Source of the DNA: Eledone cirrhosa
Lineage: Eukaryota
NCBI GenBank assembly: GCA_964016885.1
Contig: OZ024744.1
Location: forward strand, 63,798,001 to 63,862,000
Direction: 5' to 3'
Length of the DNA: 64,000 nt
The translations under genes were made by a program, and so were the position numbers. The first letter of the stretch is position 1; each line of letters begins with the position of its first letter. This document shows, piece after piece, positions 44,701-59,949 of the stretch. Below the pieces are notes generated by a model that saw nothing but the letters and a program-made list of their open reading frames with translations, made no database searches and had not been told where the DNA came from.

Positions 44701-47700
44701 TCCTGTAGTATATATCACAGTTGTGACATTCCTGTAGTATATATATATCACAGCTGTGACATTCCTGTAGTATATATCACAGTTGTAACATTCCTGTAGT
44801 ATATATCACAGGTGTGACATTCCTGTAGTATATATCACAGGTGTGACATTCCTGTAGTATATATCACAGCTGTGACATTTCTGTAGTCTATATCACAGTT
44901 GTGACATTCCTGTAGTGTATATCACAGTTGTGACATTCCTGTAGTATATATCACAGGTGTTACATTCGTCTAGTATATATCACAGCTGTGACACTTCTGT
45001 AGTATATATGACAGTTGTGACATTCCTGTAGTATATATCACCGCTGTGACATTCCTGTAGTATATATCACAGTTGACATTCCTGTAGTATATATCACAGT
45101 TGTGACATTCCTGTAGTATATATATATCACAGCTGTGACATTCCTGTAGTATATATCACAGTTGTGACATTCCTGTAGTATATATTACAGTTGTGACATT
45201 CCTATACTATAAATCACAGTTGTGACATTTCTGTAGTATATATCACAGTTGTGACATTCCTGTAGTATATATCACACCTGTGACATTTCTGTAGTATATA
45301 TCACAGTTGTGACATTCCTGTAGTATATATGACAGTTGTGACATTCCTGTAGTATATATCACAGTTGACATTCCTGTAGTATGTATCACATTTGTGACAT
45401 TCATCTAGTATATATCACAGTTGTGACATTCCTGTAGTATATATCACACTTGTGATATTCCTGTAGTATATATCACAGCTGTGGCATTCCTGCAGTATAT
45501 ATCACAGTTGTGACATTCCTGTAGTATATATCACAGCTGTGACATTCCTGTAGTGTATATAACAATGGTGACATACATGTACTATATATCACAACTGACA
45601 TTCCTGCTGTTTATATCACAGCTGTGACATCCCTGTAGTATATATCACAATTGTGACACTCCTGTAGTATATATCACAGTTGTGTCATTCCTGTAGTATA
45701 TATCACAGTTGTGACATTCCTGTAGTATATATCACAGTTGTGACATTCCTGTAGTATATATCACAGTTGTGACATTGCTGCAGTATATATCACAGCTGTG
45801 ACATTTCTGTAGTATATATCACAGTTGTGACATTCCTGTAATATATATCACAGCTGTGACATTCCTTTAGTATATATCACAGTTGTGACATTCCTGTAGT
45901 ATATATCACAGTATTGACATTCCTGTAGTATATATCACAGCTGTGACATTCCTGTACTATATATCACAGTTATGACATTCCTGTAGTATATATACCAAAG
46001 CTGTGACATTCCTGGAGTATATATCACAGCTGTGACATTCCTGTAGTATATATCACAGCTGTGACATTCCTGTAGTATATATCACAGCTGTGACATTCCT
46101 GTAGTATATATCACAGTTGTGACATTCCTGTACTATATATCACAGTTATGACATGCTTGTAGTATATGTCACAGCTGTGACATTCCTGTAGTATATATCA
46201 CAGTTGTGTCATTCCTGTAGTATATATCACAGTTGACATTCCCGTACTATATATCACAGTTGACATTCCTGTAGTATATATCACAGTTGTGACAATCCTG
46301 TAGTATATATCTCAGTTATGACATTCCTGTAGTATATATCACAGTTATGACATTCCTGTAGTATATATCACAACTGTGACATTCCTGCTGTTTATATCAC
46401 AGCTGTGATATTCCTGTAGTATATATGAGAGCTGTGAGAATCCTGTAGTATATATCGCAGCTGTGACATTCCTGTACTATATATCGCAGTTATGACATTC
46501 CTGTAGTATATATCACAGTTATAAGATTCCTGTAGTATATATCACAGCTGTGACATTGCTGTAGCATATATCACAGTTATGACATTGCTGTAGTATATAT
46601 CACAGTTATGACATTCCTGTAGTATATATCACAGGTGTGACATTCCTGTAGTATATATCATAGCTGTGACATTCCTGTAGTATATATCACAGTTGTGACA
46701 TTCCTGTAGTATATATCACAGCTGTGACAATCCTGTAGTATATATCTCAGTTATGAGATTCCTGTAGTATACATCACAGTTATGGCATTCCTGCTGTTTA
46801 TATCACAGCTGCGACATTCCTGTAGTATAAATCACAGCTGTGACATTGCTGTAGCATATATCACAGTTATGGCATTGCTGTAGTATATATCACACTTGTG
46901 ATATTCCTCTAGTATATATCACAGCTGTGAGATTTCTGTAGTATACATCAGAGTTGTGACATTCCTGTAGTATATATCACAGTTATGACATTCCTGTAGT
47001 ATATATCACATTTATGACATCCCTGTAGTATATATCACAGTTGACATTCCCGTACTATATATCACAGTTGACAATCCTGTAGTATATATCTCAGTTATGA
47101 CAATCTTGTAGTATATATCTCAGTTATTACATTCCTGTAGTATATATCACAGTTATGACATTCCTGTAGTATATATCACAGTTATGACATCCCTGTAGTA
47201 TATATCAGAACTGTGACATTCCTGCTGTTTATATCACAGCTGTGATATCCCTGTAGTATATATCACAATTGTGACATTCCTATAGTATATATCACAGCTG
47301 TGACATTGCTGTAGCATATATCACAGTTATGACATTGCTGTAGTATATATCACAGTTATGACATTCCTGTAGTATATATCACAGGTGTGACATTCCTGTA
47401 GTATATATCATAGCTGTGACATTCCTGTAGTATATATCACAGTTGTGACATTCCTGTAGTATATATCACAGCTGTGACAATCCTGTAGTATATATCTGTT
47501 ATCAGATTCCTGTAGTATACATCACAGTTATGACATTCCTGGTGTTTATATCACAGCTGCGACATTCCTGTAGTATATATCACAATTGTGACATTCCTGT
47601 ATTATAAATCACAGCTGTGACATTGCTGTAGCATATATCACAGTTATGGCATTGCTGTAGTATATATCACAGGTGTGATATTACTGTAGTATATATCACA

Positions 47701-50700
47701 GTTATGACATTCCTGGTGTATATATCACAGCTGTCACATTCCTGTAGTATACATAACAGTTATGACATTGCTGTGGTATATAACACAGTTGTGACACTCC
47801 TGTAGTATATATCACAGCTTTGACAACTCTGCAATATATATATCCCAGTTGTGACATTCTTGTGGTATATATCACAGCTGTGACATTCCTGTAGTATATA
47901 TCACAGCTGTGACATCTCTGTAGTATACAACACAACTGTGACATCTCTGTACTATATATCACAGCTGTGACAATCGTCTAGTATATATCACAGTTATGAC
48001 ATTCCTGTAGTATATATCACAGTTGTGACATTCCTGTAGTATATATCACAGTTGTGACATTCCTGTAGTATATATCACAGTTGTGACATTCCTGTAGTAT
48101 AAATCGCAGCTGTGACATTCCTGTACTATATATCGCAGTTATGACATTCCTGTACTATATATCGCAGTAATGACATTCCTGTAGTATATATCACAGTTAT
48201 GACATACCTGTAGTATATATCAGTTATGACATTCCTGTTGTATATATCACAGTTGTGTCATTCCTGTAGTATATATCACTGTCATGACATTGTTGTAGTA
48301 CATGTCACAGCTGTGACATTCCTGTAGTATATATCACAGTTGTGTCATTCCTGTAGTACATATCACAGTTGTTACATTCCTGTAGTATATATCACAGTTG
48401 ACATTCCCGTAGTAAATATCACAGTTAACATTCCTGTAGTATATATCACAGCTGTGACAATCCTGTAGTATATATTTCAGTTATGACATTCCTGTAGTAT
48501 ATATTACAGTTTTGACATTCCTGTAGTATATATCACAGTTATGACATTCCTGTAGTATATATCACAGTTATGACATTCCTGCTGTTTATATCACAACTGT
48601 GACATTCCTGCTGTTTATATCACAGCTGTGATATTCCTGTAGTATATATCACAATTGTGACATTCCTATAGTATATATCACAGCTGTGACATTGCTGTAG
48701 CATATATCACAGTTATGACATTGCTGTAGTATATATCACAGTTATGACATTCCTGTAGTATATATCACAGCTGTGACATTCCTGTAGTATATATCACAGC
48801 TGTGACATTCCTGTAGTATATATCACAATTGTGACATTCCTGTAGTATATATCACAGTTGTGACATTCCTGTAGTATATATCACAGCTGTGACATTCCTG
48901 TAGTATATATCACAGCTGTGACATTCCTGTAGTATATATCACAGTTGTCGCATTCCTGTAGTATATATCACAGGTGTTACATTCCTCTAGTATATATCAC
49001 AGCTGTGACATTTCTGTAGTATATATGACAGTTGTGACATTTCTGTAGTATATATCACAGTTGTGACATTCCTGTAGTATATATCACAGGTGTGACATTC
49101 CTGTAGTATATATCACAGCTGTGACATTCCTGTAGTATATATGACAGTTGTGACATTCCTGTATTATATATCACAGTTGTGACATTCCTGTAGTATATAT
49201 CACAGTTGTGACATTCCTCTAGTATATATCACAGCTGTGACATTTCTGTAGTATATATGACAGTTGTGACATTCCTGTAGTATATATCACAGCTGTGACG
49301 TTCCTGTAGTATATATCACAGTTGACATTCCTGTAGTATATATCACAGTTGTGACATTCCTGTAGTATATATATATCACAGCTGTGACATTCCTGTAGTA
49401 TATATCACAGTTGTAACATTCCTGTAGTATATATCACAGGTGTGACATTCCTGTAGTATATATCACAGGTGTGACATTCCTGTAGTATATATCACAGCTG
49501 TGACATTTCTGTAGTCTATATCACAGTTGTGACATTCCTGTAGTGTATATCACAGTTGTGACATTCCTGTAGTATATATCACAGGTGTTACATTCGTCTA
49601 GTATATATCACAGCTGTGACACTTCTGTAGTATATATGACAGTTGTGACATTCCTGTAGTATATATCACCGCTGTGACATTCCTGTAGTATATATCACAG
49701 TTGACATTCCTGTAGTATATATCACAGTTGTGACATTCCTGTAGTATATATATATCACAGCTGTGACATTCCTGTAGTATATATCACAGTTGTGACATTC
49801 CTGTAGTATATATTACAGTTGTGACATTCCTATACTATAAATCACAGTTGTGACATTTCTGTAGTATATATCACAGTTGTGACATTCCTGTAGTATATAT
49901 CACACCTGTGACATTTCTGTAGTATATATCACAGTTGTGACATTCCTGTAGTATATATGACAGTTGTGACATTCCTGTAGTATATATCACAGTTGACATT
50001 CCTGTAGTATGTATCACATTTGTGACATTCATCTAGTATATATCACAGTTGTGACATTCCTGTAGTATATATCACACTTGTGATATTCCTGTAGTATATA
50101 TCACAGCTGTGGCATTCCTGCAGTATATATCACAGTTGTGACATTCCTGTAGTATATATCACAGCTGTGACATTCCTGTAGTGTATATAACAATGGTGAC
50201 ATACATGTACTATATATCACAACTGACATTCCTGCTGTTTATATCACAGCTGTGACATCCCTGTAGTATATATCACAATTGTGACACTCCTGTAGTATAT
50301 ATCACAGTTGTGTCATTCCTGTAGTATATATCACAGTTGTGACATTCCTGTAGTATATATCACAGTTGTGACATTCCTGTAGTATATATCACAGTTGTGA
50401 CATTGCTGCAGTATATATCACAGCTGTGACATTTCTGTAGTATATATCACAGCTGTGACATTCCTGTAGTATATATCACAGCTGTGACATTCCTGTAGTA
50501 TATATCACAGTTGTGACATTCCTGTACTATATATCACAGTTATGACATGCTTGTAGTATATGTCACAGCTGTGACATTCCTGTAGTATATATCACAGTTG
50601 TGTCATTCCTGTAGTATATATCACAGTTGACATTCCCGTACTATATATCACAGTTGACATTCCTGTAGTATATATCACAGTTGTGACAATCCTGTAGTAT

Positions 50701-50820
50701 ATATCTCAGTTATGACATTCCTGTAGTATATATCACAGTTATGACATTCCTGTAGTATATATCACAACTGTGACATTCCTGCTGTTTATATCACAGCTGT
50801 GATATTCCTGTAGTATATAT
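41782..50820. repeat. Near-identical ~4.6 kb tandem duplication (about 41782-46409 and 46410-50820)
   Basis: GAGAGCTGTGAGAATCC at 41799/46427 and the identical ORFs at 43074/47702 give offset 4628. ACATGCTTG at 46151/50545 gives offset 4394, a 234-bp (8 monomer) difference. Confidence 0.92.
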
Positions 50821-53800
50821 CACAATTGTGACATTCCTGTAGTAGATATCACAGCTGTGACATTGCTGTAGCATATATCACAGCTATGACATTGCTGTAG
50901 TATATATCACAGTTATGACATTCCTGTAGTATATATCACAGGTGTGACATTCCTGTAGTATATATCATAGCTGTGAATTCCTGTAGTATATATCACAGTT
51001 GTGACATCCCTGTAGTATATATCACAGTTGTGACATTCCTGTAGTATATATCACAGCTGTGACATTCCTGTAGTATATATCACAGCTGTGACATTCCTGT
51101 AGTATATATCACAGTTGTGGCATTCCTGTAGTATATATCACAGCTGTGACATTCCTGTAGTGTATATCACAGTTGTGACATTCCTGTAGTATATATCACG
51201 GTTGTGACATTCCTGTAGTATATATCACAGTTGTGACATTCCTCTAGTATATATCACAGTTGTGACATTCCTGTAGTATATATCACAGGTGTTACATTCG
51301 TCTAGTATATATCACAACTGTGACATTTCTGTAGTATATATGACAGTTGTGACATTCCTGTAGTATATATCACAGCTGTGACATTCCTGTAGCATATATC
51401 ACAGTTGACATTCCTGTAGTATATATCACAGTTGTGACATTACTGTAGTATATATATATCACAGCTCTCACATTCCTGTAGTATATATCACAGTTGTGAC
51501 ATTCCTGTAGTATATATACCAAAGCTGTGACATTCCTGCAGTATATATCACAGCTGTGACATTCCTGTAGTATATATCACAGCTGTGACATTCCTGTAGT
51601 ATATATCACAGTTGTGACATTCCTGTAGTATATATCACAGCTGTGACATTCCTGTAGTATATATCACAGCTGTGACATTCCTGTAGTATATATCACAGTT
51701 GTGACATTCTTGTAGTATATATTACAGCTGTGACATTCCTGTAGTATATATCACAATTTTGACATTCCTGTAGTATATATGACAGTTGTGACATTCCTGT
51801 AGTTATATATCACAGTTGTGACATTCCTCTAGTATATATCACAGTTGTGACATTCCTCTAGTATATATCACAGCTGTGACACTTCTGTAGTATATATCAC
51901 AGTTGTGACATTCCTGTAGTATATATTACAGCTGTGACATTCCTGTAGTATATATTACAGTTGTGACATTCCTATACTATATATCACAGTTGTGTCATTT
52001 CTGTAGTATATAGCACAGCTGTGACATTCCTGTACTATATATCACAGTTATGACATTCCTGTAGTATATATCATAGCTGTGAATTCCTGTAGTATATATC
52101 ACAGTTGTGACATCCCTGTAGTATATATCACAGTTGTGACATTCCTGTAGTATATATCACAGCTGTGACATTCCTGTAGTATATATCACAGCTGTGACAT
52201 TGCTGTAGCATATATCACAGTTATGACATTCCTGTAGTATATATCACATGTGTGACATTCCTTTAGTATATATCACAGTTGTGACATTCCTGTACTATAT
52301 ATCACAGTTATGACATTCCTGTAGTATATATATCAAAGCTGTGACATTCCTGGAGTATATATCACAGCTGTGCATTCCTGTAGTATATATCACAGCTGTG
52401 ACATTCCTGTAGTATATATTACAATTGTGACATTCCTGTACTATATATCACAGTTGTGAAATTTCTGTAGTATATATCACAGTTGTGACATTCCTGTAGT
52501 ATATATCACAGTTGTGACATTCCTGTAGTATATATCACAGGTGTGACATTCCTGTAGTATATATCACAGCTGTGACATTCCTGTAGTATATATAACTGTT
52601 GTGACATTCCTGTAGTTTATATCACAATTATGACATTCCAGTAATATATATCACAGTTGAGACATTCATGTAGTATATATCACATGTGTGACATTCCTTT
52701 AGTATATATCACAGTTGTGACATTCCTGTAGTATATATCACAGCTGTGACATTCCTGTACTATATATCACAGTTATGACATTCCTGTAGTATATATATCA
52801 AAGCTGTGACATTCCTGGAGTATATATCACAGCTGTGCATTCCTGTAGTATATATCACAGCTGTGACATTCCTGTAGTATATATTACAATTGTGACATTC
52901 CTGTACTATATATCACAGTTGTGAAATTTCTGTAGTATATATCACAGTGGTGACATTCCTGTAGTATATATCACTGGTGTGACATTCCTGTAGTATATAT
53001 CACAGCTCTGACATTTCTGTGGTATATATCACAGTTGTGACATTCCTATAGTATATGTCACAGTTGACATTCCTGTAGTATATATCACAGTTGTGACATT
53101 CCTGTAGTATATATCACAGTTGTGACATTCCTGTAGTATATATCACAGCTGTGACATTCCTGTAGTATATATAACTGTTGTGACATTCCTGTAGTTTATA
53201 TCACAATTATGACATTCCAGTAATATATATCACAGTTGTGACATTCATGTAGTATATATCACAGTTGTGACATTCCTGTAGTATATATCACATCTGTGAC
53301 ATTCCTGTAGTATATATCACAGTTGTGACATTCCTGTAGTATATATCACAGCTGTGACATTCCTGTAGTGTATATCACAGTTGTGATATTCCTGTACTAT
53401 TTATCACAACTGTGACATTCCTGCTGTTTATATCACAGCTGTGACATTCCTGTACTATATATCACAATTGTGACATTCCTGTAGTATATATGACAGTTGT
53501 GACATTCCTGTAGTATATATCACAGTTGTGACATTTCTGTAGTATATATCACAGCTGTGACATTCCTGTAGTATATATCACAGGTGTGACATTCCTGTAG
53601 TATATATCACAGCTGTGACATTTCTGTAGTATATATCACAGTTGTGACATTCCTGTAGTATATATCACAGTTGACATTCCTGTGGTATATATCACAGTTG
53701 TGACATTCATCTAGTATATATCACACTTGTGATATTCCTGTAGTATATATCACAGCTGTGACATTCTTGCAGTATATATCACGGTTATGACATTTCTGTA

Positions 53801-55719
53801 GTATATATCACAGCTGTGACATTCCTATAGTGTATATAACAGTTGACATTCCTGTGACATTCCTGCTGTTTATATCACAACTGTGACATCCCTGTAGTAT
53901 ACATCACAATTGTGACACTCCTGTAGTATATATCACAGTTGTGTCATTCCTGTAGTATATATCACAGTTGTGACATTCCTGTAGTATATATCACAGCTGT
54001 GACATTCCTGTAGTATATATCACAGTTGTGACATTCGTGTAGTATATATGACAGCTGTGACATTCCTGTAGTATATATCACAGTTGTGACATTCCTCTAG
54101 TATATATCACAGTTGTGACATTCCTCTAGTATGTATCACATCTGTGACATTTCTGTAGTATATATCACAGTTGTGACATTCCTGTAGTATATATTACAGC
54201 TGTGACATTTCTGTAGTATATATCACAGCTGTGACATTGCTGTAGCATATATCACAGTTATGACATTGCTGTAGTATATATCACAGTTATGACATTCCTG
54301 TAGTATATATCACATGTGTGACATTCCTGTAGTATATATGACAGTTGTGACATTCCTGTAGTATATATCGCAGTTGACATTCCTGTAGTATGTATCACAT
54401 TTGTGACATTCATCTAGTATATATCACAGTTGTGACATTCCTGTAGTATATATCACACTTGTGATATTCCTGTAGTATATATCACAGCTGTGGCATTCCT
54501 GCAGTATATATCACAGTTGTGACATTCCTGTAGTATATGTCATAGTTGTTATATTCCTGTAGTATATATCAGAGCTGTGACATTCCTGTAGTGTATATAA
54601 CAGTTGTGACATTCATGTACTATATATCACAACTGTGACATTGCTGCTGTTTATATCACAGCTGTGACATTCCTGTAGTATATATTACAATTGTGACACT
54701 CCTGTAGTATATATCACAGTTGTGTCATTCCTGTAGTATATATCACAGTTGTGACATTCCTGTAGTATATATCAGTTGTGACATTCCTGTAGTATATATC
54801 ACAGGTGTGACATTTCTCTAGTATATATCACAGCTGTGACATTTCTGTAGTATATATCACAGTTGTGACATTTCTGTAGTATATATATTACAGCTGTGAC
54901 ATTCCTTTAGTATATATCACAGTTATGACATTCCTGTAGTATATATATCAAAGCTGTGACATTCCTGGAGTATATATCACAGCGGTGCATTGCTGCTGTT
55001 TATATCACAGCTGTGACATTCCTGTAGTATATATTACAATTGTGACATTCCTGTACTATATATCACAGTTGTGACATTCCTGTAGTATATATCACTGGTG
55101 TGACATTCCTGTAGTATATATCACAGCTCTGACATTTCTGTAGTATATATCACAGTTGTGACATTCCTATAGTATATATCACAGTTGACATTCCTGTAGT
55201 ATATATCACAGTTGTAACATTCCTGTAGTATATATCACAGGTGTGACATTCCTGTAGTATATATCACAGGTGTGACATTCCTGTAGTATATATCGCAGCT
55301 GTGACATTCCTGTAGTATATATATATCACAGCTGTAACATTCCTGTAGTATATATAACAGTTGTGACATTCCTGTAGTACATATCACAATTATGACATTC
55401 CTGTAATATATATCACGGTTGTGACATTCCTGTAGTATATATCATAGTTGTTACATTCCTGTAGTATATATCACAGCTGTGACATTCCTGTAGTGTATAT
55501 AACAGTTGTGACATTCATGTACTATATATCACAACTGTGACATTCCTGCTGTTTATATCACAGCTGTGACATTCCTGTAGTATATATTACAATTGGGACA
55601 CTCCTGTAGTATATATCACAGTTGTGTCATTCCTGTAGTATATATCACAGTTGTGACATTCCTGTAGTATATATCACAGTTGTGACATTCCTGTAGTATA
55701 TATCACAGTTGTGACATTC

Positions 55720-58700
55720 CTGTAGTATATATAACAGTTGTGACATTCCTGTAGTATATATCACAGGTGTGACATTCCTCTAGTATATATCACAGCTGTG
55801 ACATTCCTTTAGTATATATCACAGTTGTGACATTCCTGTAGTATATATCACAGTTGTGACATTCCTGTAGTATATATCACAGCTGTGACATTCCTGTACT
55901 ATATATCACAGTTATGACATTCCTGTAGTATATATATCAAAGCTGTGACATTCCTGGAGTATATATCACAGCTGTGCATTCCTGTAGTATATATCACAGC
56001 TGTGACATTCCTGTAGTATATATTACAATTGTGACATTCCTGTACTATATATCACAGTTGTGAAATTTCTGTAGTATATATCACAGTTGTGACATTCCTG
56101 TAGTATATATCACTGGTGTGACATTCCTGTAGTATATATCACAGCTCTGACATTTCTGTAGTATATATCACAGTGGTGACATTCCTATAGTATATATCAC
56201 AGTTGACATTCCTGTAGTATATATCACAGTTGTGACATTCCTGTAGTATATATCACAGGTGTGACATTCCTGTAGTATATATCACAGCTGTGACATGCCT
56301 GTAGTATATATATATCACAGCTGTAAGATTCCTGTAGTATATATAACAGTTGTGACATTCCTGTACTATATATCACAAATGTGACATTCCTGCTGTTTAT
56401 TTCACAGCTGTGACATTCCTGTACTATATATCACAATTGTGACATTCCTGTAGTATATATCACTGTTGTGACATTCCTGTAGTATATATCACAATTGTGA
56501 CATTCCTGTAGTATATATGACAGTTGTGACATTCCTGTAGTATATATCACAGTTGTGACATTCCTCTAGTATATATCACAGTTGTGACATTCCTCTAGTA
56601 TATATCACTGTTGTGACATTCCTCTAGTATATATCACAGCTGTGACATTTCTGTAGTATATATCACAGTTGTGACATTCCTGTAGTATATATTACAGCTG
56701 TGACATTCCTGTAGTATATATTACAGTTGTGACATTCCTATACTATATATCACAGTTGTGACATTTCTGTAGTATATATCACAGTTGTGACATTCCTGTA
56801 GTATATATCACAGGTGTGATATTGCTGTAATATATATCACAGCTGTGACATTTCTGTAGTATATATCACAGTTGTGACATTCCTGTAGTATATATCACAG
56901 TTGACATTCCTGTAGTATATATCACAGTTGACATTCCTGTAGTATATATCACAGTTGTGACATTTATCTAGTATATATCACAGTTGTGACATTCATCTAG
57001 TATATATCACACTTGTGATATTCCTGTAGTATATATCACAGCTGTGACATTCCTGCAGTATATATCACGGTTATGACATTCCTGTAGTATATATCACAGC
57101 TGTGACATTCCTGTAGTGTATATAACAGTTGTGACATTCCTGTACTATATATCACAACTGTGACATTCCTGCTGTTTATATCACAGCTGTGACATTCCTG
57201 TAGTATATATCACAATTGTGACACTCCTGTAGTATATATCACAGTTGTGTCATTCCTGTAGTATATATATCACAGTTGTGACATTCCTGTAGTATATATC
57301 ACAGCTGTGACATTCCTGTAGTATATATCACAGTTGTGACATTCCTGTAGTATATATCACAGCTGTGACATTCCTGTAGTATATATCACAGTTGTGACAT
57401 TCTTGTAGTATATATTACAGCTGTGACATTCCTGTAGTATATATCACAATTGTGACATTCCTGTAGTATATATAACAGTTGTGACATTCCTGTAGTATAT
57501 ATCACAGGTGTGACATTCCTCTAGTATATATCACAGCTGTGACATTCCTTTAGTATATATCACAGTTGTGACATTCCTGTAGTATATATCACAGTTGTGA
57601 CATTCCTGTAGTATATATCACAGCTGTGACATTCCTGTACTATATATCACAGTTATGACATTCCTGTAGTATATATATCAAAGCTGTGACATTCCTGGAG
57701 TATATATCACAGCTGTGACATTCCTTTAGTATATATCACAGTTGTGACATTCCTGTAGTATATATCACAGTTGTGACATTCCTGTAGTATATATCACAGC
57801 TGTGACATTCCTGTACTATATATCACAGTTATGACATTCCTGTAGTATATATATCAAAGCTGTGACATTCCTGGAGTATATATCACAGCTGTGCATTCCT
57901 GTAGTATATATCACAGCTGTTACATTCCTGTAGTATATATTACAATTGTGACATTCCTGTACTATATATCACAGTTGTGAAATTTCTGTAGTATATATCA
58001 CAGTTGTGACATTCCTGTAGTATATATCACAGCTGTGACATTCCTGTAGTATATATCACAGTTGTGACATTCTTGTAGTATATATTACAGCTGTGACATT
58101 CCTGTAGTATATATCACAATTGTGACATTCCTGTAGTATATATCACAGTTGTGACATTCCTGTAGTATATATCACAGGTGTGACATTCCTGTAGTATATA
58201 TCACAGCTGTGACATGCCTGTAGTATATATATATCACAGCAGTAAGATTCCTGTAGTATATATAACAGTTGTGACATTCCTGTACTATATATCACAAATG
58301 TGACATTCCTGCTGTTTATATCACAGCTGTGACATTCCTGTACTATATATCACAATTGTGACATTCCTGTAGTATATATCACTGTTGTGACATTCCTGTA
58401 GTATATATCACAATTGTGACATTCCTGTAGTATATATGACAGTTGTGACATTCCTGTAGTATATATCACAGTTGTGACATTCCTCTAGTATATATCACAG
58501 TTGTGACATTCCTCTAGTATATATCACTGTTGTGACATTGCTCTAGTATATATCACAGCTGTGACATTTCTGTAGTATATATCACAGTTGTGACATTCCT
58601 GTAGTATATATTACAGCTGTGACATTCCTGTAGTATATATTACAGTTGTGACATTCCTATACTATATATCACAGTTGTGACATTTCTGTAGTATATATCA

Positions 58701-59223
58701 CAGTTGTGACATTCCTGTAGTATATATCACAGGTGTGATATTGCTGTAATATATATCACAGCTGTGACATTTCTGTAGTATATATCACAGTTGTGACATT
58801 CCTGTAGTATATATCACAGTTGACATTCCTGTAGTATATATCACAGTTGACATTCCTGTAGTATATATCACAGTTGTGACATTTATCTAGTATATATCAC
58901 AGTTGTGACATTCATCTAGTATATATCACACTTGTGATATTCCTGTAGTATATATCACAGCTGTGACATTCCTGCAGTATATATCACGGTTATGACATTC
59001 CTGTAGTATATATCACAGCTGTGACATTCCTGTAGTGTATATAACAGTTGTGACATTCCTGTACTATATATCACAACTGTGACATTCCTGCTGTTTATAT
59101 CACAGCTGTGACATTCCTGTAGTATATATCACAATTGTGACACTCCTGTAGTATATATCACAGTTGTGTCATTCCTGTAGTATATATATCACAGTTGTGA
59201 CATTCCTGTAGTATATATCACAG
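55720..59223. repeat. ~1.92 kb duplication
   Basis: GACATGCCTG at 56292/58211 and CATTTATCTAG at 56961/58880 (offset 1919); TGAAATTTCT at 56061/57978 (offset 1917). Confidence 0.85.
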
Positions 59224-59949
59224 TTGTAACATTCCTCTAGTATATATCACAGTTGTCACATTCCTCTAGTATATATCACAGCTGTGACATTTCTGTAGTA
59301 TATATCACAGTTGTGACATTCCTGTAGTATATATTACAGTTGTGACATTCCTGTAGTATATATTACAGCTGTGACATTTCTGTAGTATATATCACAGCTG
59401 TGACATTGCTGTAGCATATATCACAGTTATGACATTGCTATAGTATATATCACAGTTATGACATTCTTGTAGTATATATCACAGGTGCGACATTCCTGTA
59501 GTATATATGACAGTTGTGACATTCCTGTAGTATATATCACAGTTGACATTCCTGTAGTATGTATCACATTTGTGACATTCATCTAGTATATATCACAGTT
59601 GTGACATTCCTGTAGTATATATCACACTTGTGATATTCCTATAGTATATATCACAGCTGTGGCATTCCTGCAGTATATATCACAGTTGTGACATTCCTGT
59701 AGTATATATCATAGTTGTTACATTCCTGTAGTATATATCACAGCTGTGACATTCCTGTAGTGTATATAACAGTTGTGACATTCATGTACTATATATCACA
59801 ACTGTGACATTCCTGCTGTTTATATCACAGCTGTGACACTCCTGTACTATATATCACAGTTGTGTCATTCCTGTAGTATATATCACAGTTGTGACATTCC
59901 TGTAGTATATATCACAGTTGTGACATTCCTGTAATATATATCACAGTTG

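Noticed and set aside
37504-47962. Five minus-strand 66-86 aa ORFs as a gene family
   Set aside because: They are translations of diverged satellite monomers with non-ATG starts. A 29-bp unit cycles through frames, and their similarity just tracks block duplication.
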